DNA from: a virus
Lineage: Duplodnaviria > Caudoviricetes
Strand: one strand, 5' to 3'
IMG/VR virus record: IMGVR_UViG_3300007973_000004
Location: 1 to 45,213 of that record
DNA length: 45,213 nucleotides
Below, piece by piece: positions 28,772-37,367 of the stretch. A program made the position numbers and the translations under genes. The notes under the pieces are model-generated. The model was given only the letters and a program-made list of their open reading frames with translations, was not told the DNA's origin and searched no databases. The first letter of the stretch is position 1. Every line of letters starts with the position of its first letter.

Positions 28772-28774
28772 GAA

Positions 28775-29494
28775 CTACGGCCCGATAAAGCCTAGTGGAA
28801 TGTTGTGCAGGGGAATTCTAGGCATGAATTTTCCCCTGTATAAAACGATGCCAGATAGCAAGCGCTCCGAAAGAAAAGCAATTGCTCGTGTGTCATATCC
28901 ACTTAACGTTTGAATGTAGTCTTTATATTCATCCCAAATGGGCCATAGGCAATCGAACAAGATGGTCATCAGAATCTTGTAATGCTCAAAATTGCCAATG
29001 GCCATTGGCCCTCCTTGAAACACATTCTGTCCCCACACTGTCCTCAGCTCTTCTGGGGAGAATGGCAGCTTGCCACGCTGAGCTAAATGAATGGACATTG
29101 CTTCCCCGTCGAAGCCGTGTCCTCCTCTGAACTGGTCCCCCAAGGAGCATCCAAAGTAAATGGGGCATGCCATGCCCAAGGCATACGGCGGAAGATGTAG
29201 CAGCTCTCGTTCGCCCCAAAATCGACGATACTGAGCGTTACCAATGCGTGGACGCACGTTCTTCTGCAGCAAATAATGCACTGCAGTAAGTTCTCCCCAC
29301 CATGGATTTAATGATGAGATGCTGGAGGAGCAGTCGTCATCGAACAAGCATTGTTGCTTTGAAAGCATTGCTCTTTCTTCGTTGCTTAGGGCCGAGGCCC
29401 CAGCAACTATTTCTTTGATTGCAAATGATGAGCGATAGCGCGTTGGCTTGTCAGCCATACGCACGCTGTAAATCAGCAGATCATCACGCTCCAT
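28775..29494 (-). CDS. DUF4422-like putative glycosyltransferase
   Basis: ISSLNPWWGELTA, IG.AQYRRF, RAIAFLSERL; start moved to ATG 29494. Confidence 0.75.
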   Translation of the reverse strand: MERDDLLIYSVRMADKPTRYRSSFAIKEIVAGASALSNEERAMLSKQQCLFDDDCSSSISSLNPWWGELTAVHYLLQKNVRPRIGNAQYRRFWGERELLHLPPYALGMACPIYFGCSLGDQFRGGHGFDGEAMSIHLAQRGKLPFSPEELRTVWGQNVFQGGPMAIGNFEHYKILMTILFDCLWPIWDEYKDYIQTLSGYDTRAIAFLSERLLSGIVLYRGKFMPRIPLHNIPLGFIGP

Positions 29495-30206
29495 ACACGG
29501 ATCTCGATGCCCACAGTTCGTTGTAATTATTGACGCCCTTGGCACCCAGGCCAGTCAAGTCGCCACCACCAGCGGGCTTGCTCCATGCCATGATCGTGCC
29601 ATCGGGTAGAACGAATGCACGATTCTTTTGCCCGTGTGTGGGCGTTAGCTCCAGGTAGTCGCCGTAGATGAAATTTGCTTCACTGCCATTGGTAGCAAGA
29701 GCCTTGCCGAGCAGTGTGGGGCCAGTGGGGCACAATGGCGTGATGCCATAGTATTGCTCCTTGCAATTCTCAACAATCATGCTTATTGCGAGTTGCAAAG
29801 CTTTGTTGCCTGGCTTGGAAAACAGTACGGTTGTGGCACATGCCCAACTGGTATAGCTAAAGCGTTGGATGTCTCGGAATGCCAAGAATTCAATGCGGTC
29901 TCCAAGGTCCACAGCATTGAACGCTCTCACTCCAATATCAAAGTACCAGCCACCCAGCTTATTCAGCAAGCAAAATCGACCAAGATCAGCCTTGTAAGAG
30001 AAGGGCTTTAGACAGTCATAAGCCCACAGCACATCCTCTTCATAGTTTTCAGCGATGAACGCCCGCAATGAAGCGTCGCTGTAAATGACATGCTCCGCCT
30101 CTGGAAAGCAAGCATCAATGGTGCCAGTGGCATACTGCAGAAACGGACTAAGCTCTTCAGAAGGATTGGTAGACAGAAAGATTTGGGAGATATGCATGGC
30201 GATCAA
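29484..30206 (-). CDS. Glycosyltransferase, GT32 / OCH1-like DXD sugar-binding family
   Basis: YKADLGRFCLL..LGGWYFDI and PTGPTLLG motifs. Confidence 0.85.
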   Translation of the reverse strand: MIAMHISQIFLSTNPSEELSPFLQYATGTIDACFPEAEHVIYSDASLRAFIAENYEEDVLWAYDCLKPFSYKADLGRFCLLNKLGGWYFDIGVRAFNAVDLGDRIEFLAFRDIQRFSYTSWACATTVLFSKPGNKALQLAISMIVENCKEQYYGITPLCPTGPTLLGKALATNGSEANFIYGDYLELTPTHGQKNRAFVLPDGTIMAWSKPAGGGDLTGLGAKGVNNYNELWASRSVYGA

Positions 30207-31426
30207 GCGATTTTCGCGGGAGTCCCAAAGCCCTTGAATTCAGTGGCTACAGGTTTTGCATTGAGAGTGTCATTCACTACGTCCTTAAGCTGCTTTTGGA
30301 TGTAGGGCCAAGTGAAAGGCTCTTCACGCAAGCGTTTCTGACACCATTGGCCATCCTTCTTAAGGAGGTCCCGATTCTCGTAATAGTAGGAAAGAATGCT
30401 TGCAGCGCTATCGGGATCGGGAAGCATGCGCTCCAGGCCATAGTTCCTGTCGGTTTCGCTGGCATTGCAAACAATGCGAGGCACCTCGTCGAAGATTTCA
30501 GCCAAGCTTGTATGGTCTGGCACCACTTGCATCACGCCAGTGGAACCATGCTCTGAATTAACCAGGCCCCATCCCTCGCCAATGCAAGTGTTGATGCCAA
30601 TATCAGCAGCGTTATACACTTGATTAAGCTGCTCGATGGGAAGACAATTGTCCACAGAGAAATGGGGACTGGTCAGAATCAGCTTGCCTGTGGGGTCGTA
30701 GCCTTCGTCACGAGCCACTCGCTTGAACAGAGGCACAAGTTCCCATCCCAAGTCTTTGCTGCCCATATTGAGCCAGAGTCGCGCGTCGTCTTTGTCCTTC
30801 GCAAACTTGATGAACGCCTTGATTGTCAAGTCGATGCGTTTACGCGGCTGATTTCTGTTGCCATTAAAGACGACAAACGCATCCTTCGGCACGCCAAGCT
30901 TCTGGCGACACTCATCCCTGTCCAGCGGGAAGAACTTGGTGAAGTCAGTGCCATGCCCAATTACGTTGATGGGCTTGGTATATCCCATCAACTCAAGCTC
31001 TTTCTTGGCAAATTCCGTATAAGTGGCAACGCCGTCCCATTCCATCATCGGAGCAGCCAGTTCAGGGAACAGACCATAGGAATCAATGGGTGTATAGACA
31101 AACCATTTGAAACCAAGCTGCTCCTTCAGGCCCTTCACTTGTTCCCAAAGCTGCAAGGCAATCCAAATATCATTGGTCACCCAAATCAAATCGGGCTTGA
31201 TGGCCTGGACAATATTGGCAATGCGATGAGAGCCGAACGGATCGGAGCCATAAAGCATGGCGGGATATACGTTGTATTTCTTTGTCTCTGGGTGGGGATC
31301 GCCATGGTGGTTAACGGCTAGAACGCTCACCTCATGCTCTTCTGCCAATGCAGGAAGCAAGTATTCGGCCACTCTGCCGAACCCCGTTTCTACGAATGCA
31401 TCGCCACAGTAAAGAATTTTGGCCAT
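30203..31426 (-). CDS. Glycosyltransferase, GT-B (GT4-like), 407 aa
   Basis: TGFGRVA, IGHGTD..KF, NRNQPRKR, YNAADI...GEGWGL..SE. Confidence 0.9.
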   Translation of the reverse strand: MAKILYCGDAFVETGFGRVAEYLLPALAEEHEVSVLAVNHHGDPHPETKKYNVYPAMLYGSDPFGSHRIANIVQAIKPDLIWVTNDIWIALQLWEQVKGLKEQLGFKWFVYTPIDSYGLFPELAAPMMEWDGVATYTEFAKKELELMGYTKPINVIGHGTDFTKFFPLDRDECRQKLGVPKDAFVVFNGNRNQPRKRIDLTIKAFIKFAKDKDDARLWLNMGSKDLGWELVPLFKRVARDEGYDPTGKLILTSPHFSVDNCLPIEQLNQVYNAADIGINTCIGEGWGLVNSEHGSTGVMQVVPDHTSLAEIFDEVPRIVCNASETDRNYGLERMLPDPDSAASILSYYYENRDLLKKDGQWCQKRLREEPFTWPYIQKQLKDVVNDTLNAKPVATEFKGFGTPAKIA

Positions 31427-31463
31427 GGAACAAAATAAGCTTGTCCAATACTAAGGCTCAAAA

Positions 31464-32147
31464 TCACACTGGAATAGTCGGCGCTTGTTGTCGTAAATAT
31501 TGCACTCGGCATTTGCAATTGCTCATGCATGCACAACGTTGTCCAGGAAGAGGAAGACTCCCCACTGACACAGCTCCCCTAGCTGCAAAAGCAAGACAGT
31601 CTTGGCAATGCTTAGCTTGACTGTCCAAGATGCGGCGCATCAAGCTATAGCCTTGTTTCTCTTGGCGAATTGTGGTTCCCTCCCAGTAAGAACCTCGCAC
31701 ACTTTGAGAATACATGCCGATACGAGCAAGAGCCATGGGAGCAGAAATGCTCCCAGCCAAAAGATCGCGAGCAAAACTCTCCAAGTAACGATATTCCGCA
31801 CGAAGGCGCTGACCAATGCGGCCCCAGTCCGAAGCCAGCATATTGTCCTTCCCACCATTGCCAATGATTGCTGCCTGTACATGGGCAAGCTTAAGCGCTT
31901 CCCTTACGCTTTGTTGCCATTGATCCAGCGTGATAGAGCCATCACTAAGCATCCCTGTAAGACGACGTAGCAAAGTGCCAAGCTTGTCAATTCGACCATC
32001 AACCAAAGCCTCAACGGCAGACTGACTGAGAAACCGCCCGTTACTTCCGCGATAACGGCCACTAATGGGATCGTAACGCCATGAGGATTGATCCAGGCGA
32101 GACTGAATGGAGATGGCGAATTGCGAAAGATCATTCAGGCTTTGCAT
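31464..32147 (-). CDS. Head morphogenesis / minor capsid protein (SPP1 gp7 / MuF-like)
   Basis: Directly after portal; HCQDC...LPLPG..CACMSNCKC C-terminus. Confidence 0.75.
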   Translation of the reverse strand: MQSLNDLSQFAISIQSRLDQSSWRYDPISGRYRGSNGRFLSQSAVEALVDGRIDKLGTLLRRLTGMLSDGSITLDQWQQSVREALKLAHVQAAIIGNGGKDNMLASDWGRIGQRLRAEYRYLESFARDLLAGSISAPMALARIGMYSQSVRGSYWEGTTIRQEKQGYSLMRRILDSQAKHCQDCLAFAARGAVSVGSLPLPGQRCACMSNCKCRVQYLRQQAPTIPV

Positions 32148-33981
32148 CCTCTGCCTCCAGGATATCTTTAAAACGCTCTGGAGCTTCCTCTTTCCATTGA
32201 TTCAATGCGGCGTCAATATCCTCTTGTTTAATTAAGGATGCTTCGTCCACTTCCGAAAGGATGAGGCCTTCCACTTTCATTGGAATGAGGGCGTCTTTTT
32301 TGAAATATTCGGCTTGCTCTTTTTTCCCACCAAAAGCTCCCTCCATTGAGCCATGTTTGCGTTTGTACAGTGCCTTGTACTTTTGCGTGACATAGGCTCC
32401 AGCCACTGCACTCGGCCACACCTTGAACTTAGCCTTTGCTGATGCGATGGCTTGCTTGTGTAGCTCTTCATCTTTAAATTTGGCATCCTCTTTCTCCTCG
32501 CCACGCTTGTGCTCAAGATCGCCAGGTAGGTAGAGACCAGCCCCGTCCTGCACTTCTCGGCTCCCATCCATGGGGAGAGTGCCATTCTCCTCGTTCATGG
32601 GGTCGCGACCACCAGGGGGCACGGCCATCTTGCCGCTGCCTGCAGCTTGAGGAAGTTCCCGCACTACGGACGGGTCGAGCGTAAGCTCCATGCTCCACTC
32701 AGAACCGCCGTAACGAGCATCTGCCACCTCCTTGGGACTCAGCACACCCAGTTGGATGTAGCGACCGTCTACAGCCGCCACACGAGCCCTTACATCGGCC
32801 ATCTCGCGTTCGTTTAGCTCGAACAATGGGTTGAATGAGACGCGCCAAGACTCAGGAAGCTCTCCCTTTGTCGGGCCTTCTTTGCTGAGCATGATCAGTT
32901 CCATCAATTGCTTGACGGGACGCTTGAAATGGACACTTTGGTAATCGGCCAATGTTTTGGCGAAGTCACGCTCTTCACTGCGACCAGTGGATCCAAGTCC
33001 ACCAGGGCTCTCACCAAATAGCACTGTATGAGGAATCTTGCTGGCGCCAATAATATCCACACGCAGCTTTTCTAAGATTTCTCCAATGCCTCCAAAATTA
33101 CGACTAATGAATTCAAGCTCTTCCTTTTCCGCATCAATCGCGTAGCCGCGATAGATGCTCTTGCTCATATCATTCACTTGCAAGCGATCACGAATGGAAC
33201 TTTCTTTGCCAGCGGCAAGCATTGCCGCCAAGCCTCTCACCTTGTGAACAAAAATATCAAACTCAGTGAGGAGAGTGGCAGCAGAATTAAGGCCAGTCCA
33301 ATAATGCTTGAAGCTGTCATAAACAGTCTGTAAGCTGCTCATGCCCCAGCCATAATTACGCTGCCTCACGCGATAGGGAAGCCAGTCCCCATCAAAACGC
33401 AGAATCCTATCTTTATGAATGTAGGACAATTGTGGCTGACTAATTAAATCGCCAGAGATGATTTGATAGTAAGTTGCCTTGGAATAATCGTATAGATTTT
33501 CTTCATTGATGACTGGCGCAATTTGCCAGCGGTCTAAGCATTCAATGTCTTCAATGCGGCGGATGTTGCGTTTATCCACTGGCATGTAGGCAGGGCGCCC
33601 ATCGTCAATAAACAGAAGCAAACAAGCCCCTCCGTAAAGCCGAGAGTTTTTGGCAGCAAGATTAAGGTTTTCGAGAATGAAGAGATCTTCAATAACCTGC
33701 TCAATGCCTTGCACTTCTTCTGCCCTGACACCTTCGCCACCAAATAAAACCTTGAACCCCTTCCGAGTGGCTTGGTCAGCATAAATATCAACGATGCGAC
33801 GAGGAAGCCATTCACCATAAAGATTTTCCAGCTCTTCTTGAGGTAGGAACACAGTGGCCGTAGTTTTGGTGTACTGGCTCTTATCACGGCCAGTTCCCAT
33901 GCCAATCAGAACGTTCTGGAGCCCATCGGCGCGAACGCCACCACTCCCGGCATGACCAAGATCAACTGCATCGCCTTCCAT
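32131..33981 (-). CDS. Portal protein (DUF1073-type) with C-terminal extension
   Basis: RRIVD..A..ATRKG, SRLYGGA, IHKDR.LRF.G, GWGMS.L, IPHTVLFGESPGGL.STG, FNPL. Confidence 0.9.
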   Translation of the reverse strand: MEGDAVDLGHAGSGGVRADGLQNVLIGMGTGRDKSQYTKTTATVFLPQEELENLYGEWLPRRIVDIYADQATRKGFKVLFGGEGVRAEEVQGIEQVIEDLFILENLNLAAKNSRLYGGACLLLFIDDGRPAYMPVDKRNIRRIEDIECLDRWQIAPVINEENLYDYSKATYYQIISGDLISQPQLSYIHKDRILRFDGDWLPYRVRQRNYGWGMSSLQTVYDSFKHYWTGLNSAATLLTEFDIFVHKVRGLAAMLAAGKESSIRDRLQVNDMSKSIYRGYAIDAEKEELEFISRNFGGIGEILEKLRVDIIGASKIPHTVLFGESPGGLGSTGRSEERDFAKTLADYQSVHFKRPVKQLMELIMLSKEGPTKGELPESWRVSFNPLFELNEREMADVRARVAAVDGRYIQLGVLSPKEVADARYGGSEWSMELTLDPSVVRELPQAAGSGKMAVPPGGRDPMNEENGTLPMDGSREVQDGAGLYLPGDLEHKRGEEKEDAKFKDEELHKQAIASAKAKFKVWPSAVAGAYVTQKYKALYKRKHGSMEGAFGGKKEQAEYFKKDALIPMKVEGLILSEVDEASLIKQEDIDAALNQWKEEAPERFKDILEAEDAKPE

Positions 33982-34047
33982 AAGATTCCTTTATGGCCAT
34001 ATTGTCTTGCTTTTATTCTAGAGACTGGCTACATTGGCATGTTGCTC

Positions 34048-34563
34048 ATGCACAAGATGGCCCGCTCTCCTCTTGTTTTTGCTTTCAGTGAACAAGACAA
34101 AGCCTTGGTACGACAGGAAGCGGAGCGTCGGCAGTCTTTCAATGAGAAAAAAGGCCTAAAAGGACGCAATGGTGGGCCGGAGCAGGGGGCAAAAGCTCTT
34201 TTCATTCATAAGCTTGGCGCTGCTGGTGAACTGGCAGTGGCAGACTATCTTCACTTGCGGGATTTTCTCTACCAAGAAGCAGAAGCGAAGCGTGGTTCTG
34301 TTGATCTCCCTCCAAACATAGACGTGAAGACACGCTCTCGTCATGATTACGATCTCATCTGCCAACTAGACGAGAAGCCTGGAAAAGCTTTAGTGTTGGT
34401 TACGATACAGCACAAGATCACTCTCATCCATGGTTGGATAAAGAGCGAAGATGCAATGCAGGCGCAATGGAAAAAAGATCCTGCAGGCGGAAGAGCTGCG
34501 TACTTTGTGCCGCAGTCTGTATTACTCCCACTTCTAGAACTGCGCAATGCTGAAATGTTCTGA
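34048..34563 (+). CDS. Hypothetical protein with PD-(D/E)XK-like motif (start 34039-34057)
   Basis: GAAGELAVA.YL...DL..NIDVKTR; overlaps the terminase start. Confidence 0.55.
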   Translation: MHKMARSPLVFAFSEQDKALVRQEAERRQSFNEKKGLKGRNGGPEQGAKALFIHKLGAAGELAVADYLHLRDFLYQEAEAKRGSVDLPPNIDVKTRSRHDYDLICQLDEKPGKALVLVTIQHKITLIHGWIKSEDAMQAQWKKDPAGGRAAYFVPQSVLLPLLELRNAEMF

Positions 34564-35914
34564 CTTTTCTCGTCACGCCCTTAAGCTCGACCTCTATCCC
34601 AGGCAAGCTCGCATCCTTGACGACTACTTTCAGCCAGATAAAAGCCATGCAGTGTGGGCCTTGGGACGGCGATCAGGCAAGACCGTCATGGCAGCAGTAG
34701 CCTGTGTCTACATGTGCTTCGTCCTAGAAGACGAATACCGTAAGCGAGTAAGGAAGGGGGAAAAGTGGTACATCGTGACAGTGGCAAACAGTCAAGATCA
34801 GGCTCGCATTGCTCTCAACAACATTCGTCAGCTCATCCTGGACAGCCCCTTTGCTCAGGAAATTGTCCGTGAAACCGCCGACATCATTGAACTGAGCAAT
34901 AATTGCGTGTTCAAGGCCATCCCCACGTCTGGACGAGCTGCTCGTGGTCTCGCTTGCGCTGGCGCAGTATTTGACGAGCTTGCCTTTGCTAACGAGGGCG
35001 ATGCAAACAGTGGTGGTCGTGGCATCTATGACGCTCTATCGCCTGCCATTGCACAGTTTGGAGGCAAGGGGCGCATTCTTGAACTGTCCTCCCCCTGGCT
35101 GACTGACGGCATCTTCTACCAGCATTTCAAAGAGGCAAGCTCCGGCAGGTTTCCTTTTATGCAAGCAGTGAATCTCCCAACATGGGAGATGAACCCAAGC
35201 ATTTCGCAAGAGTTTCTCGACACAGAAAGACAGCGCGACCCCGAAAAGTTTAAGGTGGAATATGGGGCTCAATTCGCGAGTAATCTTTCAGCCCTTGTTG
35301 CAAGCGATGTTGTTGATGCCTGTATTGATGATCGTAGAGCAGCACTCCCCCCACGTCCTGAATTCCAAGGAGCATATGTTCTTGCCCTTGACCCCGCCCG
35401 TGGTGGCGTTGGCCGTGACGATTACACTGCTTGTATTGTTCACTATGAAAACGGCACGTTAGTCGTCGATAAGTTTCATTCCTTCATGGCTGATTTTGAA
35501 ATCAATGGAAGGATGGAAGTGAATATCAATGCAGTGGAAGATTGGATTAAGGAACAGCATCGTCTATACGTCTTTGACACCATCGTGATGGACCAGTTCA
35601 ACAGTGCTGGCACCATTCAAAGCTTGTCTGCTGACCTGCCCATCACTGAACTCACCTGGACAGTCAGTTCCAAGATGAAAGCATTCAGCAAAATGCGGGA
35701 ATTGTTCAATGCAGGACAAATCAACGTCTATCGTCATGAAAAAGCAATCATGCAGCTTAAGAACCTCACTGTGATCTACAGACCGAGTGGACAATGGACA
35801 GTAACTGGCGGTAAAGCTTCTGGTATTGACGACTTAGCATTTGCAATGGCAGGCGCCATTCTTGCTGCAAGTAAAGACGACGACATCGGCTGGATTGAAA
35901 GCCTGATTTCGTAA
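34547..35914 (+). CDS. terL: Terminase large subunit (455 aa)
   Basis: Walker A GRRSGKT, Walker B AVFDELAF, LSSP coupling motif, EYGAQF, nuclease LALDPA and DDLAFA. Confidence 0.95.
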   Translation: MLKCSDFSRHALKLDLYPRQARILDDYFQPDKSHAVWALGRRSGKTVMAAVACVYMCFVLEDEYRKRVRKGEKWYIVTVANSQDQARIALNNIRQLILDSPFAQEIVRETADIIELSNNCVFKAIPTSGRAARGLACAGAVFDELAFANEGDANSGGRGIYDALSPAIAQFGGKGRILELSSPWLTDGIFYQHFKEASSGRFPFMQAVNLPTWEMNPSISQEFLDTERQRDPEKFKVEYGAQFASNLSALVASDVVDACIDDRRAALPPRPEFQGAYVLALDPARGGVGRDDYTACIVHYENGTLVVDKFHSFMADFEINGRMEVNINAVEDWIKEQHRLYVFDTIVMDQFNSAGTIQSLSADLPITELTWTVSSKMKAFSKMRELFNAGQINVYRHEKAIMQLKNLTVIYRPSGQWTVTGGKASGIDDLAFAMAGAILAASKDDDIGWIESLIS

Positions 35915-35961
35915 ATCATTCCCCTAGTATATTTTTCAAACAATAGTTCTGCCATAACGCG

Positions 35962-36216
35962 ATGAACTGCAATTTAACTATGCAAGAGACTCAGTTTCTC
36001 ATTGCACTTCTTGGTAATGCTTCCATCAGTAAGCAAACATGCCTTCAGCTCCTCGCAGCCGAACATCTATACATCCCCACGCTGTTTCCCAAGCTCCAGG
36101 CCCATGCCAAGGCCCTCAAGCAAGCAGAGGATGAGGAAGAGCACGAGAAGGCCACTCTTGACGATTACTGCCGCGAATACCCTGGTGATCAATGCTGCAA
36201 GGAATATGACGTGTGA
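35962..36216 (+). CDS. Small protein ending in CP12-like C-terminal motif
   Basis: LDDYCREYPGDQCCKEYDV matches the CP12 tail pattern (YC-x3-P-x4-C-x2-YD). Confidence 0.6.
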   Translation: MNCNLTMQETQFLIALLGNASISKQTCLQLLAAEHLYIPTLFPKLQAHAKALKQAEDEEEHEKATLDDYCREYPGDQCCKEYDV

Positions 36217-36249
36217 GACTGGGTGAAGCTAGGTGAGCGTTTCAAAACG

Positions 36250-36258
36250 TGCTATGCT
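36250..36258 (+). promoter_or_regulatory. Extended -10 promoter upstream of structured RNA and tRNA-Leu
   Basis: TGCTATGCT; related motifs precede other non-coding units (38384-38392, 38567-38575, 43034-43043). Confidence 0.5.
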
Positions 36259-36261
36259 TCT

Positions 36262-36410
36262 GGAGCTTTCGCGAAGCACGCTGGCCAGCGTTAGTTCAAA
36301 TAGGACAATGGTGATCAGGCACCATTGTCTTCCAGGAGAAGAGGGAGATGGGCCTACCCATCTTGAAAAGCTGTAACAAGACGGATTGAAGCCCCGTCTC
36401 AGCACCCTCC
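36262..36410 (+). ncRNA. Unassigned structured RNA upstream of tRNA-Leu
   Basis: Hairpins ACGCT/AGCGT, GACAATGGTG/CACCATTGTC, AGATGGG/CCCATCT, GCTG..AGACGG/CCGTCT-CAGC, closing GAGGG/CCCTC. Confidence 0.45.
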
Positions 36411-36416
36411 CTTTAC

Positions 36417-36490
36417 GCCCTTGTAGCCCAACTGGCAGAGGCATTCGGTTTAAGCCCGAAGAAGCGTCAGTTCAAATCTGACCAAGGGTA
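36417..36490 (+). tRNA. trnL: tRNA-Leu(TAA), short variable loop, no encoded CCA
   Basis: Acceptor GCCCTTG/CAAGGGT, anticodon arm TTCGG-TTTAAGC-CCGAA, T arm GTCAG-TTCAAAT-CTGAC. Confidence 0.9.
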
Positions 36491-36496
36491 TTAGCA

Positions 36497-36976
36497 TTGG
36501 AAGTGCAAAGCAGTATTCCAGTGACAAAGTATCGCAATTACAGTGAGGATGACATTAGAACGGCGGTGTTATCTAGCAAAAGTATCGCGGAAGTTTTACG
36601 CAAGCTAGAGCTAGCTCCAGTGGGAGGAAATTATGGAACTGTAAAAAAGAAAATTACCGAACTTGGCGTAGATATTTCTCACTTTACAGGGCGAGCATGG
36701 ATGCCAAAAGGTTGGCACTTCAAAAGCCTTGATGAGTTGACTATGCCTCGGTCAATCAAGCGGCGATTAATTCAGGAACGAGGACACCAATGTGAATGCT
36801 GTTCTTTGAGATTTTGGATGGAGCAGCCAATCGTGCTAGAACTTGATCACATCAATGGAAACCGAAACGAGAACAGTAGGGAAAATCTTCGCCTCTTGTG
36901 CCCAAACTGCCATGCGCAGACACCCACATGGCGCAGGCGCAAAAGCGCCTTAGCTGATTTCAATGAAAACGCATGA
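36497..36976 (+). CDS. HNH homing endonuclease
   Basis: CECC...LELDHINGNRNENSRENLRLLCPNCHAQT; N-terminal SIAEVLRKL.L...GGNY helical domain. Confidence 0.9.
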   Translation: MEVQSSIPVTKYRNYSEDDIRTAVLSSKSIAEVLRKLELAPVGGNYGTVKKKITELGVDISHFTGRAWMPKGWHFKSLDELTMPRSIKRRLIQERGHQCECCSLRFWMEQPIVLELDHINGNRNENSRENLRLLCPNCHAQTPTWRRRKSALADFNENA

Positions 36977-37017
36977 TTAAAATCGCTCGAGTGCGGGTTC
37001 AACTCCCGCTGAGGGTA
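36977..37017 (+). pseudogene. 3' half of a second tRNA-Leu(TAA)-like gene
   Basis: T-TAA-AA-TCGCT-CGAGT-GCGGG-TTCAACT-CCCGC-TGAGGGT-A starts right after the HNH stop; no matching 5' half found. Confidence 0.75.
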
Positions 37018-37189
37018 TATTGTCATTCCAATGGCGTATCACGCCAGCAATAATAAAAGCATTCGTGGCCAAGTACGATGCGAAGATGAAAGTGCGCATA
37101 AGCGCCACCATGTCTGCTTCTCTGTGGCAGCTACTTTCCTTGGCTCCTAGGGCCTTCGCCCACACTCTCCATAGTCTCTTCCTGCTCAT
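36977..37189 (-). CDS. Small membrane-associated hypothetical protein (70 aa)
   Basis: WRVWAKALG.K...EAD..A..RT...TN.FIIAGVIRHWN, a pattern I recall from cyanophage small proteins. Confidence 0.65.
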   Translation of the reverse strand: MSRKRLWRVWAKALGAKESSCHREADMVALMRTFIFASYLATNAFIIAGVIRHWNDNIPSAGVEPALERF

Positions 37190-37367
37190 AAATCCAAGCC
37201 TTTAGCTCTCTAACGTACTGTCTAATGATGGCAGCTTTTTCTAGATGCCATTGGTCCATGGTTAAGAAATATTGGGCATTATGCCAATCAATGGCCTTTA
37301 ACGATTGGTAAATAATTGGATTGAGGGGCTCACGCAGGGGAGTGTTAAAAGTGCGACGCTCCGTCAT
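37131..37367 (-). CDS. Hypothetical protein (78 aa)
   Basis: Overlap-coupled in minus-strand run. Confidence 0.6.
   Translation of the reverse strand: MTERRTFNTPLREPLNPIIYQSLKAIDWHNAQYFLTMDQWHLEKAAIIRQYVRELKAWIYEQEETMESVGEGPRSQGK

Noticed and set aside
36417-37017. Group I intron in tRNA-Leu(UAA), or an attP site
   Set aside because: The upstream tRNA is already complete, the HNH ORF fills the whole gap leaving no room for a ribozyme core, the halves do not pair, and no integrase is in the window
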